A stretch of 64,000 nt of DNA from positions 32,001 to 96,000 of the forward strand of contig JBGANV010000004.1 of NCBI GenBank assembly GCA_044222185.1. The letters run 5' to 3'. The stretch is from Planctomycetota bacterium (GTDB taxonomy: Bacteria; Planctomycetota; GCA-002687715; CAIWVZ01). The position numbers and the translations under genes were made by a program. The notes under the pieces are model-generated. The model was not told the origin of the DNA. It did not search any database and saw only the letters and a program-made list of their open reading frames with translations. Every line of letters begins with the position of its first letter. Position 1 is the first letter of the stretch. Shown piece after piece: positions 1 to 9,576 of this stretch.

Positions 1-2
1 CG

Positions 3-2171
3 CCGGACCGACGTCGACGTCACGTCGACGAGGGGCTGAAGAAGCGCCTCGCGAGGTGGGTTCTCCGGTTCACGGACCGAGTGCCTCGGACGGCGCCTCG
101 GCGAAACTGGATCAATCGACTCGAGGACTGGGCGAACTTGGTACTCCGTCGCAACCTCAGGGATGAGCGCACCGCGGCGCTCGACCGGCTCCTCGATCTC
201 CTGAAGCGCGATCCCGACGCAGGCATCCGGTACGCGATCCCGATCGAGGGGGATGCGCCCCGCGGAGCCGCGCCACCCAGCAGTCGCCTCGCGCGGCGTG
301 ACGCCGACTTCCGGCTCTCGCGCGTGAACCGTTCGGGCCCAAAGGACGTCTGGGACGTGGACGCGCGCCGCCGCGCGGCCCTGCGGTACAGCTACCTCAG
401 GCATGCCGAGCGTTGTCTCGCCGACGGCCGGTTCCGTGAGGCCGCCTACGTCTACGCTGAACTGTTGGGGGATCATCGCTCGGCGGCGCAGGCTCTCGCC
501 CGCGGTGGCTACGCTCGCGAGGCCGCCGTCATCTTCCGCGACCGCTTGGGCGAGTTCGCCGAGGCAGCCCGATGCCTGGAGTCGGCCGGCCTGCTCGAGG
601 AGGCCATCGCGGACCACGAGCGGGCAGGCAATCACCGGCGCGTTGGGGAGCTGTTGGTCCGGCTCGATCGGCCGACCGAAGCCCGGGTCGCCTTCCGTCG
701 GGCCGTCGACGCCGCGTTGGCCGACGACGCGCCCTTGCGCGCTGCCGAGATTCTCGAGGTCGACCTCCAGGCGCCGGACGAGGCGTTGGAGCTTCTGGAC
801 CGATTCGACGTCTCGCGTGCCCACGCGGAGGCGTGCCTCAAGGCGTCCTTCGCGCTGCTGGCGCGCCTCGGACGGCACGGGGAAACCGCCAGACGGATCC
901 TCTCTGCGGCGAACGCCTCGCCGAGAGGCGTAGCCCGGACGCGGCTCGTGCAGATCGTCGGCGAGATCGCGGCTCGGCACGTGGACTCGGAGGTCCGTGC
1001 GACGGCGTCTGACGCCGTGCGCGTGATCGTCGGCCGGGAGTTCGCCGCCGATCCCGGCGCCGACGTCGACATGCTTCGCGTGGTCGCCGCGCTCCGTCCC
1101 GATGATCCCGTGCTGTCGCGGGACGTCGCCCGGTTCGCGAAGGCGTGCGCGGCGCGACCGTGGCGGCTGTTCAGTCGATCCGGAAAGGGCGACCCTGCGT
1201 TCGCGATCCAGAAGGAGTTCACGATTCCGCCGCCGTCGCCCGCGACCGCTGCGATCCTGGTGAGCGGCGCGTGGCTCTTCGTCTACGACACGCTCGCACA
1301 TCGGCGCGGTCACGCCATCGACGTGTGGTCGCTGGAAGGCGGACTCCGTGCGCGTCGCGTGGCGCTGATGGAGAACACGATCCGCTGGCGCGGGTGGCTC
1401 GCATGCGTGCAGGCGACCGGCATGCTCCGGGTCGTCCTGGGGTGCGCCACGTCGCCGTTTCGCATCCCCCTGCAATCGTTCAAGCTGCCCGACGACACGC
1501 GCGTCCGTCTCGGCATTCACCCGTACGCCCCGAACGGAGCCATCTGCGGATGCGCGGACGGCGCGGGCGGGTTCGTGTTTCTCTCCTCACCCGAGGCGGG
1601 AGAGGTCCTGGTGACCTGGTGCACGGCAGAGGGCAACGTCGTCAAGACGGCCCTGTTGACGGACGAACGACTGCCGGCGGAAGGGTCGATCTGGCAGGTG
1701 GTGGCGACGAGAGATGCCGTCGTCCTGCTGACTCCCGGTTCGGTCCATTGCGTGACCCGCAGCGGCGTGACGACGGATTTCAAGGACGTGGGACCGGCGG
1801 TGGGTGCGGTGGTGTCGCCGCCGCCGGGACCGCAACGGCTGGTCCTTCTGACGCCCAATGGCTGCGTCTCGGTGACCGGCCTGGCGAACCCCGACTTCCA
1901 GCAGCGGCTGTTCGCGACCCGACGCAACCCGGCGCATGCGACGTTCACGCGGAACGGAGTCCTCGTGGTCGCCGATGACCTGGGGCTCGCGGCGTACCAG
2001 GAGTCAGGCGAGCTGATGGTCGAGTGCGGCCGCGATCACGGAGTGAGTGTCCAATCCGTCTTCGGCCTTCAACCCGGGCCACACGCCGACGACGTGACCG
2101 TCGTTCGTTTCGACGGAACCGTCACTGTTCGCAGGGTTCCGCGACGACCTGGACTCACGCGCGTCGAGTGA
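3..2171 (+). CDS. Probable MoxR-vWA-beta-propeller ternary-system component (bpX3-like segment, TPR-like helices, C-terminal beta-rich/propeller region); 5'-truncated by the window edge
   Basis: The frame is open from position 3 (PDRRRRHVDEGLKKRLARW...). Segment 'LDRLLDLLKRDPDAGIRYAIP...RGAAPPSSRL...DVW...AAYVYAELLGD' resembles bpX3-type proteins as I recall them, followed by AAxCLE helical repeats and a beta-strand-rich C-terminus. Confidence 0.65.
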   Translation, partial: PDRRRRHVDEGLKKRLARWVLRFTDRVPRTAPRRNWINRLEDWANLVLRRNLRDERTAALDRLLDLLKRDPDAGIRYAIPIEGDAPRGAAPPSSRLARRDADFRLSRVNRSGPKDVWDVDARRRAALRYSYLRHAERCLADGRFREAAYVYAELLGDHRSAAQALARGGYAREAAVIFRDRLGEFAEAARCLESAGLLEEAIADHERAGNHRRVGELLVRLDRPTEARVAFRRAVDAALADDAPLRAAEILEVDLQAPDEALELLDRFDVSRAHAEACLKASFALLARLGRHGETARRILSAANASPRGVARTRLVQIVGEIAARHVDSEVRATASDAVRVIVGREFAADPGADVDMLRVVAALRPDDPVLSRDVARFAKACAARPWRLFSRSGKGDPAFAIQKEFTIPPPSPATAAILVSGAWLFVYDTLAHRRGHAIDVWSLEGGLRARRVALMENTIRWRGWLACVQATGMLRVVLGCATSPFRIPLQSFKLPDDTRVRLGIHPYAPNGAICGCADGAGGFVFLSSPEAGEVLVTWCTAEGNVVKTALLTDERLPAEGSIWQVVATRDAVVLLTPGSVHCVTRSGVTTDFKDVGPAVGAVVSPPPGPQRLVLLTPNGCVSVTGLANPDFQQRLFATRRNPAHATFTRNGVLVVADDLGLAAYQESGELMVECGRDHGVSVQSVFGLQPGPHADDVTVVRFDGTVTVRRVPRRPGLTRVE

Positions 2172-2185
2172 GGCGCCGATCGCGC

Positions 2186-2707
2186 TCAGGCCTTGCGCCC
2201 CAGGGTTTCCCGCAGGAACCAGATTCGCCGCTCGGTCTCGTCGACCCAGACCTCGATCAGGCTCGTCGTCGCCATGTCCTCGTGCCGTTCGCAGATCGCG
2301 TGAACGTCCTTCAGTGCCTGGACGAACGTGCGGTTGTCGCGGGCGAGTTCGCCGAGCATCTGCTCGGCAGGGACGTTCTCCGAGTCGTCGTCGGCGATGC
2401 GCTGGCGGCGTCCGATCTCTGCGATCGAGTGGAGCGTCGTCCCTCCGAGCTTGCGGGCGCGCTCGGCCAACGGGTCCACCATCGCATAGATCTGATCCGC
2501 CTGTTCATCCAGAAGGAGGTGATGTTGCCGGAAGTTCGGCCCGCTCACGTGCCAGTGGAAGTTCTTCGTCTTCATCCAGAGCGCGAGCGTGTCGGCGAGT
2601 AGCGGCTTCAGGGCCTCGGTGATCTCGGAGATCCCGGGTTGTTTCGTGTTGCCCGTCGTCGACTCCGGGCGAGCGGTGACACGGTCCAGGAGTTTCGGCT
2701 GCGTCAT
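2186..2707 (-). CDS. dps: DNA starvation/stationary-phase protection protein (Dps, ferritin-like)
   Basis: Dps ferroxidase signatures KTKNFHWHVSGPNFRQHHLLLDEQ, DPLAERARKLGG and ETERRIWFL. Confidence 0.95.
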   Translation of the reverse strand: MTQPKLLDRVTARPESTTGNTKQPGISEITEALKPLLADTLALWMKTKNFHWHVSGPNFRQHHLLLDEQADQIYAMVDPLAERARKLGGTTLHSIAEIGRRQRIADDDSENVPAEQMLGELARDNRTFVQALKDVHAICERHEDMATTSLIEVWVDETERRIWFLRETLGRKA

Positions 2708-2933
2708 GGTTCCCTCGAACGCTGAAGTGAGAGGCTTCGATGAATGTTGCCGAGAGGCTGAATTCCCTCAGCGGAATCCGTCGACTCGTCGCACACCCTC
2801 CTATAGAGCGGCGAGGCTGGACAATGTGGGGTGAGCTGTCCACCCCGCGCGCTGATCGAGATGGGACATCTGGCCGATCCCGGAGGATCGGTCAGATGTC
2901 CGCATTCGAATTACCGGACGAGGGCAAATGGCC

Positions 2934-3755
2934 ATGCCGACGATCACGACGAAGGACGGAACCTCGATCTATTACAAGGACTGGGGACAGGGCCAGCCGG
3001 TCGTCTTCAGTCACGGTTGGCCGCTCAGCGCCGATGCGTGGGAGGACCAGATGCTGTTTCTCGGGGCGCGTGGGTTCCGTTGCATCGCGCACGATCGCCG
3101 GGGCCACGGGCGATCGAGTCAGCCTTGGGACGGGAACGACATGGATACGTACGCCGACGACCTCGCAGCACTCGTTGCCGCGCTCGACTTGCGCAGCGCG
3201 ATCCACGTCGGGCACTCGACGGGCGGCGGAGAGGTGGCCCGTTACGTCGGACGCCACGGCACGTCCCGCGTGGCGAAGGTGGTGCTGATCGGTGCGGTCA
3301 CCCCGATCATGCTGAAGTCGGCCACCAACCCGTCGGGGACGCCGATGGAGACGTTCGACGCGATCCGCGCGGGCGTCGTCATGGACCGCTCCCAGTACTT
3401 CAAGGATCTCAGCGGACCGTTCTACGGCGCCAACCGGTCGGGGTCTACGGTGTCGGCCGGGCTTCGGGAGGGGTTCTGGTTTCAGGGCATGCAGGCCGGC
3501 ATGAAGAGCGCGTTCGATTGCATCAAGGCGTTCTCCGAGACCGACTTCACGGCCGACTTGCGGCGGTTCGACGTGCCCACGCTCATCCTGCATGGTGACG
3601 ACGACCAGATCGTCCCCATCGACGCGTCTGCGAGACTGGCGGCCAAACTCGTGAGGGGCGCGAGGCTCGAGGTGTACGCCGGCGCACCCCACGGGATGTG
3701 TTCGACGCACAAGCAGCAGGTCAACGCCGATCTGCTGGCGTTCGCCCGATCCTGA
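2934..3755 (+). CDS. cpo: Non-heme chloroperoxidase/perhydrolase-type alpha/beta hydrolase
   Basis: [28 protein letters not shown], nucleophile [20 protein letters not shown]. The start could be ATG 2928 or 2934. Confidence 0.9.
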   Translation: MPTITTKDGTSIYYKDWGQGQPVVFSHGWPLSADAWEDQMLFLGARGFRCIAHDRRGHGRSSQPWDGNDMDTYADDLAALVAALDLRSAIHVGHSTGGGEVARYVGRHGTSRVAKVVLIGAVTPIMLKSATNPSGTPMETFDAIRAGVVMDRSQYFKDLSGPFYGANRSGSTVSAGLREGFWFQGMQAGMKSAFDCIKAFSETDFTADLRRFDVPTLILHGDDDQIVPIDASARLAAKLVRGARLEVYAGAPHGMCSTHKQQVNADLLAFARS

Positions 3756-3907
3756 CGGCCGACACGGTGACGTGCGCCCGTCGGCCGCGCCGCGCCGTCG
3801 ACCGACTTCGGTGGTAGCCGCGCCACGCACGCGGCTGGCGGCCGCACCATCGCCTGCTATCAACCTCGCATTCGAACGGGACGCCCGTTGGATGGCGAGG
3901 ATCCGCG

Positions 3908-4150
3908 ATGAAGAAAGACGCCGTGAGCTGCCCCGGATGTGGCGGTTCGAACCTGGTCCGCACGAAGATGACGCTGAGGCTCGGCCCGCTTGCCGACGGC
4001 GCATCGCTCGAGGGCGACATGAAGTCCTACGCCTGTGCAGACTGCCGTTTGCTGAGCTTCTTCGTCAGCGAACTGGACGTCCCGCCGCTGAAGCGCGCGC
4101 TTGCGCAAGCAAAACCCTCCGCGCGCTCTCGGGGGCCGGCCGCGAAGTGA
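3908..4150 (+). CDS. Small zinc-ribbon-like protein (80 aa)
   Basis: Two CxxC pairs (CPGC...CADC). Fills the gap between two co-oriented genes and has an ATG start. Confidence 0.6.
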   Translation: MKKDAVSCPGCGGSNLVRTKMTLRLGPLADGASLEGDMKSYACADCRLLSFFVSELDVPPLKRALAQAKPSARSRGPAAK

Positions 4151-4254
4151 TGGGGAAGCGATGCGGGGCGGTCAGGAAATCGACGAATGGAACGTCGGGT
4201 TGGCGTCACGCGTGGTCCCGGTCCGTCGCCTCGTGATCGGTAGAGGAACCCGCG

Positions 4255-6984
4255 ATGAGCACTGAGGCGGAGTCGCCCGACGCGAAGATCCAGCAGATCG
4301 TCGAGGCCTGTCTCGAGGCCTTCGACGAAGGGCGGACGCCCGACCTGGCGGCGCTCTGCGACGGCGACCTGGCGGTCGAGGCGCAAGTCCGGCGGATCCT
4401 CGGATACGAACCCCTGGCCGCGACGTTGCTGCGCATGCACGACGACGGACCTCCCGCGGGCCTGCCCGAGCGTCTCGGGCCCTACGCGCTGAAGGAGCGC
4501 ATCGGAGCCGGCGGCATGGGGCAGGTCTTCGTGGCCGTCGACCCCGACCTCGGTCGCGAAGTGGCGCTGAAGCTCGTCGCGGCGGCGTCGACCGACACGG
4601 CGCGCTTTCGCCGCGAGGCGACGATCGCCGCGGCCCTGGACCACCCCAACATCGTTCCGATCCACGGCATCGGCGAGGATGGCGGATCCGTCTACATCGC
4701 CATGAAGCGTCTCACGGGGCCGGGCCTCGACGCGCTTGCGGCGCCGATGTCGACGCGTGAGGCGGCTTCCGTCGGCGCTGCCATCGCGCGCGCGCTGCAG
4801 TTCGCCCACGAGGCGGGCGTCGTGCATCGTGACGTGAAGCCGGGGAACATCGTGCTCGATCGCGGCGTCCCTCACCTCGTCGACTTCGGCCTGGCGCGCT
4901 CGACGTCGTTCGCCACGATGACGGCCGAAGGCCAGATCGTCGGAACGTTGCCTTACATGGCACCCGAGCGATTCCAGAACGCCGACGCGGATACCGGCGC
5001 GGGCGCGGACATCTACGGCCTCGGGGCATCGTTGTACGAGTGCGTCACCGGCCGCCCGTGTTTTGCAGCTCCGGAACGTGCCGCGCTGCTGAAGCAGATC
5101 CTGCTCGCGGACGCACCGCCGTTGCGACTGGCAGGCGAGGATCGAGGCCTCGAAGCGATCATCCTTCGGGCGTTGCAGAAAGACCGGCGCCACCGATTCC
5201 CGACGGCGCAGGCCATGGCCGACGACCTGGAATCCTGGCTCGCGGGGCGGCCCATCTCGTCGCGGCGGGACGGAGTCATCACGCGTGCGTGGCGGCGGAT
5301 CCGCCGGCACCCGCGCGTGGCGATCGCCGCCGCCGTCGTCGCGCTGGCCGTAGCCGGACTCGTCGTGGCATTCCTGCTCGACGCCGCTGCGCGCCGCAAG
5401 CGGATCGAGGCGGACGTCAGCCACATCGACGAAGCGCTCAGCCGCGACGAGCTCGGCCTTGCGACGAAGCTCTGGGAGTCGGTTCGGGATGTGGCAGGAG
5501 GCGTCACCGGATTCCCGGGGGTGTCCGCACGGCTTCAGGCCGCGACGGCCGTCGAGGAGTTGCTGGATGCGTTGCTCGGCGAGGGGCCGGCGTCGACCTC
5601 CATGCCAGCGTTCGTCGCCTCCGTCCCGCGGAGTGAGCTCATGGCCAGGGTCGAGGCGACGCGCGCCCATCACGATGACGCGCTGTTCGCGTCGCTCGCA
5701 CTGGCACACGCCGCCTTGACGGCGCGCGACCTGCCGCTGGTCTCCCGCATCCTCGACGGAATCGAATCGGACGGGCGGATCGGTGTCACTCGCGCGACGA
5801 CGGCTCTCCGCGCGGCGGCGCAGCCGGAGGCGACCTGGAAGCCTCCCGCCGTCGCCGCGAAGTCACCGACCGACAACCTTTTCACGGCCCTCGTCATGCG
5901 CAGTCTGGCCGCCCCGTTCGACGAGCGTGAGCGGGAGATCGAGGCCGCGTTCGGCGGCGACAAACCGGGCGTCCATTATCGCGTCGGACTTTGCCTCGTT
6001 CAGCTTCGCTCGGATCAAGGCAGCTACCGCGAGGCGTTGGCGCTCACGAGGACGCTCGAGCGTCCGACCCAGCGGAACGACGCCCTCCTGCGGATGCGCG
6101 CGCACCTCCACGTCGTCCTGGGGGACGGCGACGCCGCGCTGCGGGCGGTCGCGGAGATCCCGGAAGAGCGGCGCGTGCTCTTCGACGAGTATCTGCGCCT
6201 GTCGATCCTCCGAACACGGGGCGACACGGAGTCCGTCGCGGCAGGATGGCGAGCGCTGGAGCAGCGTTGGCCAGGGAAGCCCGAGGCCCTGCTGGCGAAG
6301 GGGTATTTCGCGCTCGATCAGGGGCGCGTCGACGACGCATTGGCGGCATTCGAGTCCGCGGCTCGCCTCGATGGCTGGTACCACTATCGCGAGCTGGCGG
6401 CTGCCGAGGCACTCAATTGTCGCTTCACGAAGGCCACCGAGGCCGGCGCCGTCCCCGACGCGGACACGATCGACAAGATCCGCTCCGACGCCGCCGCCTC
6501 GACGTTCCGGCTTCCTTATGCGCGCTCGACGGCCCTCCTGGTCGAGAGCAGCGCGGCGACCCTCGACGATGACCGCCCGTTCGCGCTCGCGAAGGCGCGA
6601 GATGCGCGGTCGGCTGGGCCGGAAAACCCCGTCGCCGCGCTCTGGTTCGCGCACCTCGCCTTCGACACCGTCGTCGCGACGGAGCCATCGGACGAGAAGC
6701 CATTGACTCTCGAGATGCGCCAGCTCGCGCTCGAGGGGATCGAGTCGGCGGCGACGGCGCTCCGCCTCGATGGTCGTCGTGGCGTGCTGCCGCCCGGAAG
6801 GCGGGCGGCGGCCCGTTATTACGAGGCCGCGCTCGCGCTCCTCTGCGGAGACCGCGACCGCGCCCGCACGGCGGCCGCCAAGGGGCTCGCCGAGCCTGCC
6901 GAGCCCGGACCGAACGGCGCCGCCGTCACCGCGGGGCTCGAGTGGGTCGCGGGCCAGACGAAGCCGGCCCCGGCGGTGAAGTGA
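4255..6984 (+). CDS. Membrane Ser/Thr protein kinase with C-terminal helical/TPR-like region
   Basis: GAGGMGQV, VALK, HRDVKPGN, DFG, GTLPYMAPE. TM segment VAIAAAVVALAVAGLVVAFLL. Short N-terminal helical segment typical of ECF-associated planctomycete kinases. Confidence 0.92.
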   Translation: MSTEAESPDAKIQQIVEACLEAFDEGRTPDLAALCDGDLAVEAQVRRILGYEPLAATLLRMHDDGPPAGLPERLGPYALKERIGAGGMGQVFVAVDPDLGREVALKLVAAASTDTARFRREATIAAALDHPNIVPIHGIGEDGGSVYIAMKRLTGPGLDALAAPMSTREAASVGAAIARALQFAHEAGVVHRDVKPGNIVLDRGVPHLVDFGLARSTSFATMTAEGQIVGTLPYMAPERFQNADADTGAGADIYGLGASLYECVTGRPCFAAPERAALLKQILLADAPPLRLAGEDRGLEAIILRALQKDRRHRFPTAQAMADDLESWLAGRPISSRRDGVITRAWRRIRRHPRVAIAAAVVALAVAGLVVAFLLDAAARRKRIEADVSHIDEALSRDELGLATKLWESVRDVAGGVTGFPGVSARLQAATAVEELLDALLGEGPASTSMPAFVASVPRSELMARVEATRAHHDDALFASLALAHAALTARDLPLVSRILDGIESDGRIGVTRATTALRAAAQPEATWKPPAVAAKSPTDNLFTALVMRSLAAPFDEREREIEAAFGGDKPGVHYRVGLCLVQLRSDQGSYREALALTRTLERPTQRNDALLRMRAHLHVVLGDGDAALRAVAEIPEERRVLFDEYLRLSILRTRGDTESVAAGWRALEQRWPGKPEALLAKGYFALDQGRVDDALAAFESAARLDGWYHYRELAAAEALNCRFTKATEAGAVPDADTIDKIRSDAAASTFRLPYARSTALLVESSAATLDDDRPFALAKARDARSAGPENPVAALWFAHLAFDTVVATEPSDEKPLTLEMRQLALEGIESAATALRLDGRRGVLPPGRRAAARYYEAALALLCGDRDRARTAAAKGLAEPAEPGPNGAAVTAGLEWVAGQTKPAPAVK

Positions 6985-7024
6985 TCTCGTCGGAACACCG
7001 CTCGTTCCGCGAGGCGTTCTCGGG

Positions 7025-8293
7025 CTACGGCGTCTGGTTGATCGTCGCCCAGGGCTGCCCGGTCCCGAAGAGCGTGTCGTACGACGTCGAGATGCGCAGG
7101 ATCGTCGCCGCGCCCGCCGGGAAGCTCGTCGGAAGCTGCACGGAGTAAATCCCGGGCTCGGACCAGGAAAGCGACCCGAGGAAGATGCCGCCCAGGCTGT
7201 CACGGATGCGGATGGTGGGAACACCGACGGCGGACCGGAGCTTCAGACGCAGGATGTTGTCCGCGCCGCGCAGCGACGACGACGCGGAGTTCACCATGGC
7301 CTTGTCGCCGCCGAGGTTGCCCGGGCGCGGAACGTAGAACCGCACACCGAGCCCGTTGCTCCAGGAGATTCGCGGCGGGAGGCCGTTTCCGCCCGGCGGG
7401 GTCAGTCCCGTCAGGCCACCGGTCGTCGTCTCGTTCGACGTCGTGATGTGCGCGGTGGACGTGCTCACGAGTCCGACGAACTGGATCATGAGCTCCATGC
7501 CCGTCTCCTTGGCGTAGTCGTACCAGTGGATCAGGTCTGCCTTCGGAGGGTTCGTTGGGCCGGAGTTGAAGAAGTCGATGAGCGGATTCCCGTTGGTCGG
7601 TGCGATCACCGCCGTCTGGTTCACCATGACGTTCATCGCCAGGAGCTCGAAGTCGATCACCGTGTCGTCCGTCGGGTTGGCCGCATGCTGGGTCCACCAC
7701 TGGTTCAGCAGGTTCAGATTCTCGCCCCACACCGGCGCATGGCAGCGCCAGTAGCGGGTCTGTGGCGCCGCTGACGGCGAGGGTGCTCCCGTGAGGGACG
7801 ACGGGGGGGTGGACGGGAGGCAGATCGGCTCCCACGCCGAGCGGACGGCCGTCGGTTGCGTTCCCATCAAGCCGGGACCGAGAGCGGTCTCGAGAAAAGG
7901 CGTGAGGAATGCGTCGGGCACGGCGAGCGTCGGGAATCCGGCCGGCGGCGGGAAGTGCGTGGGGAGGTCCGATGGTGTGGGGGTGGCGAGGAAGGGGAAA
8001 CGGCTGATCGTCTCGGCGTAGATTTCCTCCGCGTACCACGGAGCTCCGTCTTCGGGTGGGAGGACGTGAACCCACATGACGGGATAGACCCAGAACCCTG
8101 GGGGCCCCGACACGGTCAGTTTGTTGAAGAGGTGCGTCGACATGTCGTCCGGCGGCTCCCAGCTGCCGTCGGCTGCCAGACCCTCGAGGTTGGCAACGAG
8201 GGGCGACGGCCAGACGACCGACGACTGCGCGACGGCGGGAAGACCTGCGAACACGATCAGGCCAAGTGTGATCCACGAAACGACACGACTCAT
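7025..8293 (-). CDS. Hypothetical secreted Pro-rich protein
   Basis: Signal peptide MSRVVSWITLGLIVFAGLPAVAQ, protein-like composition, no recognised domain. Divergent from the ECF sigma gene. Confidence 0.75.
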   Translation of the reverse strand: MSRVVSWITLGLIVFAGLPAVAQSSVVWPSPLVANLEGLAADGSWEPPDDMSTHLFNKLTVSGPPGFWVYPVMWVHVLPPEDGAPWYAEEIYAETISRFPFLATPTPSDLPTHFPPPAGFPTLAVPDAFLTPFLETALGPGLMGTQPTAVRSAWEPICLPSTPPSSLTGAPSPSAAPQTRYWRCHAPVWGENLNLLNQWWTQHAANPTDDTVIDFELLAMNVMVNQTAVIAPTNGNPLIDFFNSGPTNPPKADLIHWYDYAKETGMELMIQFVGLVSTSTAHITTSNETTTGGLTGLTPPGGNGLPPRISWSNGLGVRFYVPRPGNLGGDKAMVNSASSSLRGADNILRLKLRSAVGVPTIRIRDSLGGIFLGSLSWSEPGIYSVQLPTSFPAGAATILRISTSYDTLFGTGQPWATINQTP

Positions 8294-8493
8294 GGGGATA
8301 GCTCCAGACGTTCAGCAGTCATGACGCGCGACGTCGATGCGGGAGGGCGCCGGCGGCACGCGTGGGGACGGAGGGGTGGAGGAATGGAATCGCCCGCGAG
8401 GGGCGAGTAATCTGTGACGCACGCAAACCGCGGTCGGCTCAAGCCTGGCGGGCGCTCGATCGGCGCGGATCCTGCGCGACTCGCGTCCTCTCG

Positions 8494-9099
8494 ATGCAAG
8501 CCAACGACGACCTCGAAGCCGCGCGCCAAGGCGACGCCGACGCGATCATGCGGCTCATCCAGCGCCACGAAGCGCGCCTGAGGCGCCTGGTGCACGATCG
8601 GCTCGGCCCCCAGCTTCGAGAGAAGATCTCGACGTCCGACGTGCTTCAGAGCGCCTACCTGGACCTCATCAAGGACTTCGGCCGTTTCCGCGGAGCGACG
8701 GCGGACGAGTTCATCGGCTGGTTCGCGCAGCTCGTCGAGCACAACGTCCGGGACAAGGTCAAGTTCTTCGAGGCGCGGAAGCGCGCGCCGCCCGGCAAGG
8801 AGCCCGAGGCAGCGCTTGGGTTCAAGGCGGCTGCCGGACCGGGGCCTTACTCGCTCAACGCCCTCTTCGACGATCTTCAGGCGGTTCACGGTGCCATGGG
8901 GCGGTTGAGCGAGGATCACCGCGCCGTCATCCAGATGAAGTTCGTCGACGGGCTGTCGCACGAGCAGATCGCGGATCGGCTCGGCCGGAGCGTCGCCGCC
9001 ACGCGGGCGTTGCTGGTTCGCGCGCGGGCGACCCTCCTGCTGGAGATCGACCGGGGTCGCAACCGAGATCGCGGCCGGGAGCCCCCGGGGGCGGGGTGA
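8494..9099 (+). CDS. ECF-type RNA polymerase sigma-70 factor (planctomycete-type)
   Basis: Region 2 'ARQGDADAI...LREKISTSDVLQSAYL...FIGW' and region 4 'LSEDHRAVIQMKFVDGLSHEQIADRLGRS'. Start moved to ATG 8494 within ORF 8362..9099. Confidence 0.92.
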   Translation: MQANDDLEAARQGDADAIMRLIQRHEARLRRLVHDRLGPQLREKISTSDVLQSAYLDLIKDFGRFRGATADEFIGWFAQLVEHNVRDKVKFFEARKRAPPGKEPEAALGFKAAAGPGPYSLNALFDDLQAVHGAMGRLSEDHRAVIQMKFVDGLSHEQIADRLGRSVAATRALLVRARATLLLEIDRGRNRDRGREPPGAG

Positions 9100-9576
9100 T
9101 TCCGGCTGTCGTGTGGGTGGAGGCGTAGGAGGCACGGTCTTGGAGGCGACAACGGCGCGCGCACGCGACGCGGAGTTTGGATTTCTTGTCCGTGTTCGCG
9201 AACCCCCGGCGCAGGCGCCGGAGTTTATCGTCCCGACGGCCCCGGTGGGAATCGACGCCGGCCGCGGTTCCTCCGCGCCAGCGGCGTGGGAGTCGGAAAG
9301 ATCGCCGCGGCGGAGCCAATCGGAGCCAGCGCCGAGCGTTTGCGCACTGTGCCAGCCGACCCTGCCCCCGGGCCCGGGGCTCCTGCCGACGGCGCGCGCC
9401 CCGAGCCGGCCCGAAGTGCCCGCGACAGCCGAACGCTCCGTGGCCGGAGCGGCGGCCCCCGACGAAACCCCCGAGGCTTCACCCAAGGATGCGCGCCGCA
9501 GCGATCGCGCGGCCGGCCGGAGATCGTCCGAGCGTTCCGCAGGCGGCGGGCGCTGCGCACCCGCCGCGTCCAGCCC

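Noticed and set aside
9340-9356. TGGCAC-containing sigma54-like site on the minus strand (a similar one lies near 12300)
   Set aside because: GG-to-GC spacing is not the required 10 nt, and there is no suitably placed downstream gene at 9.3 kb.
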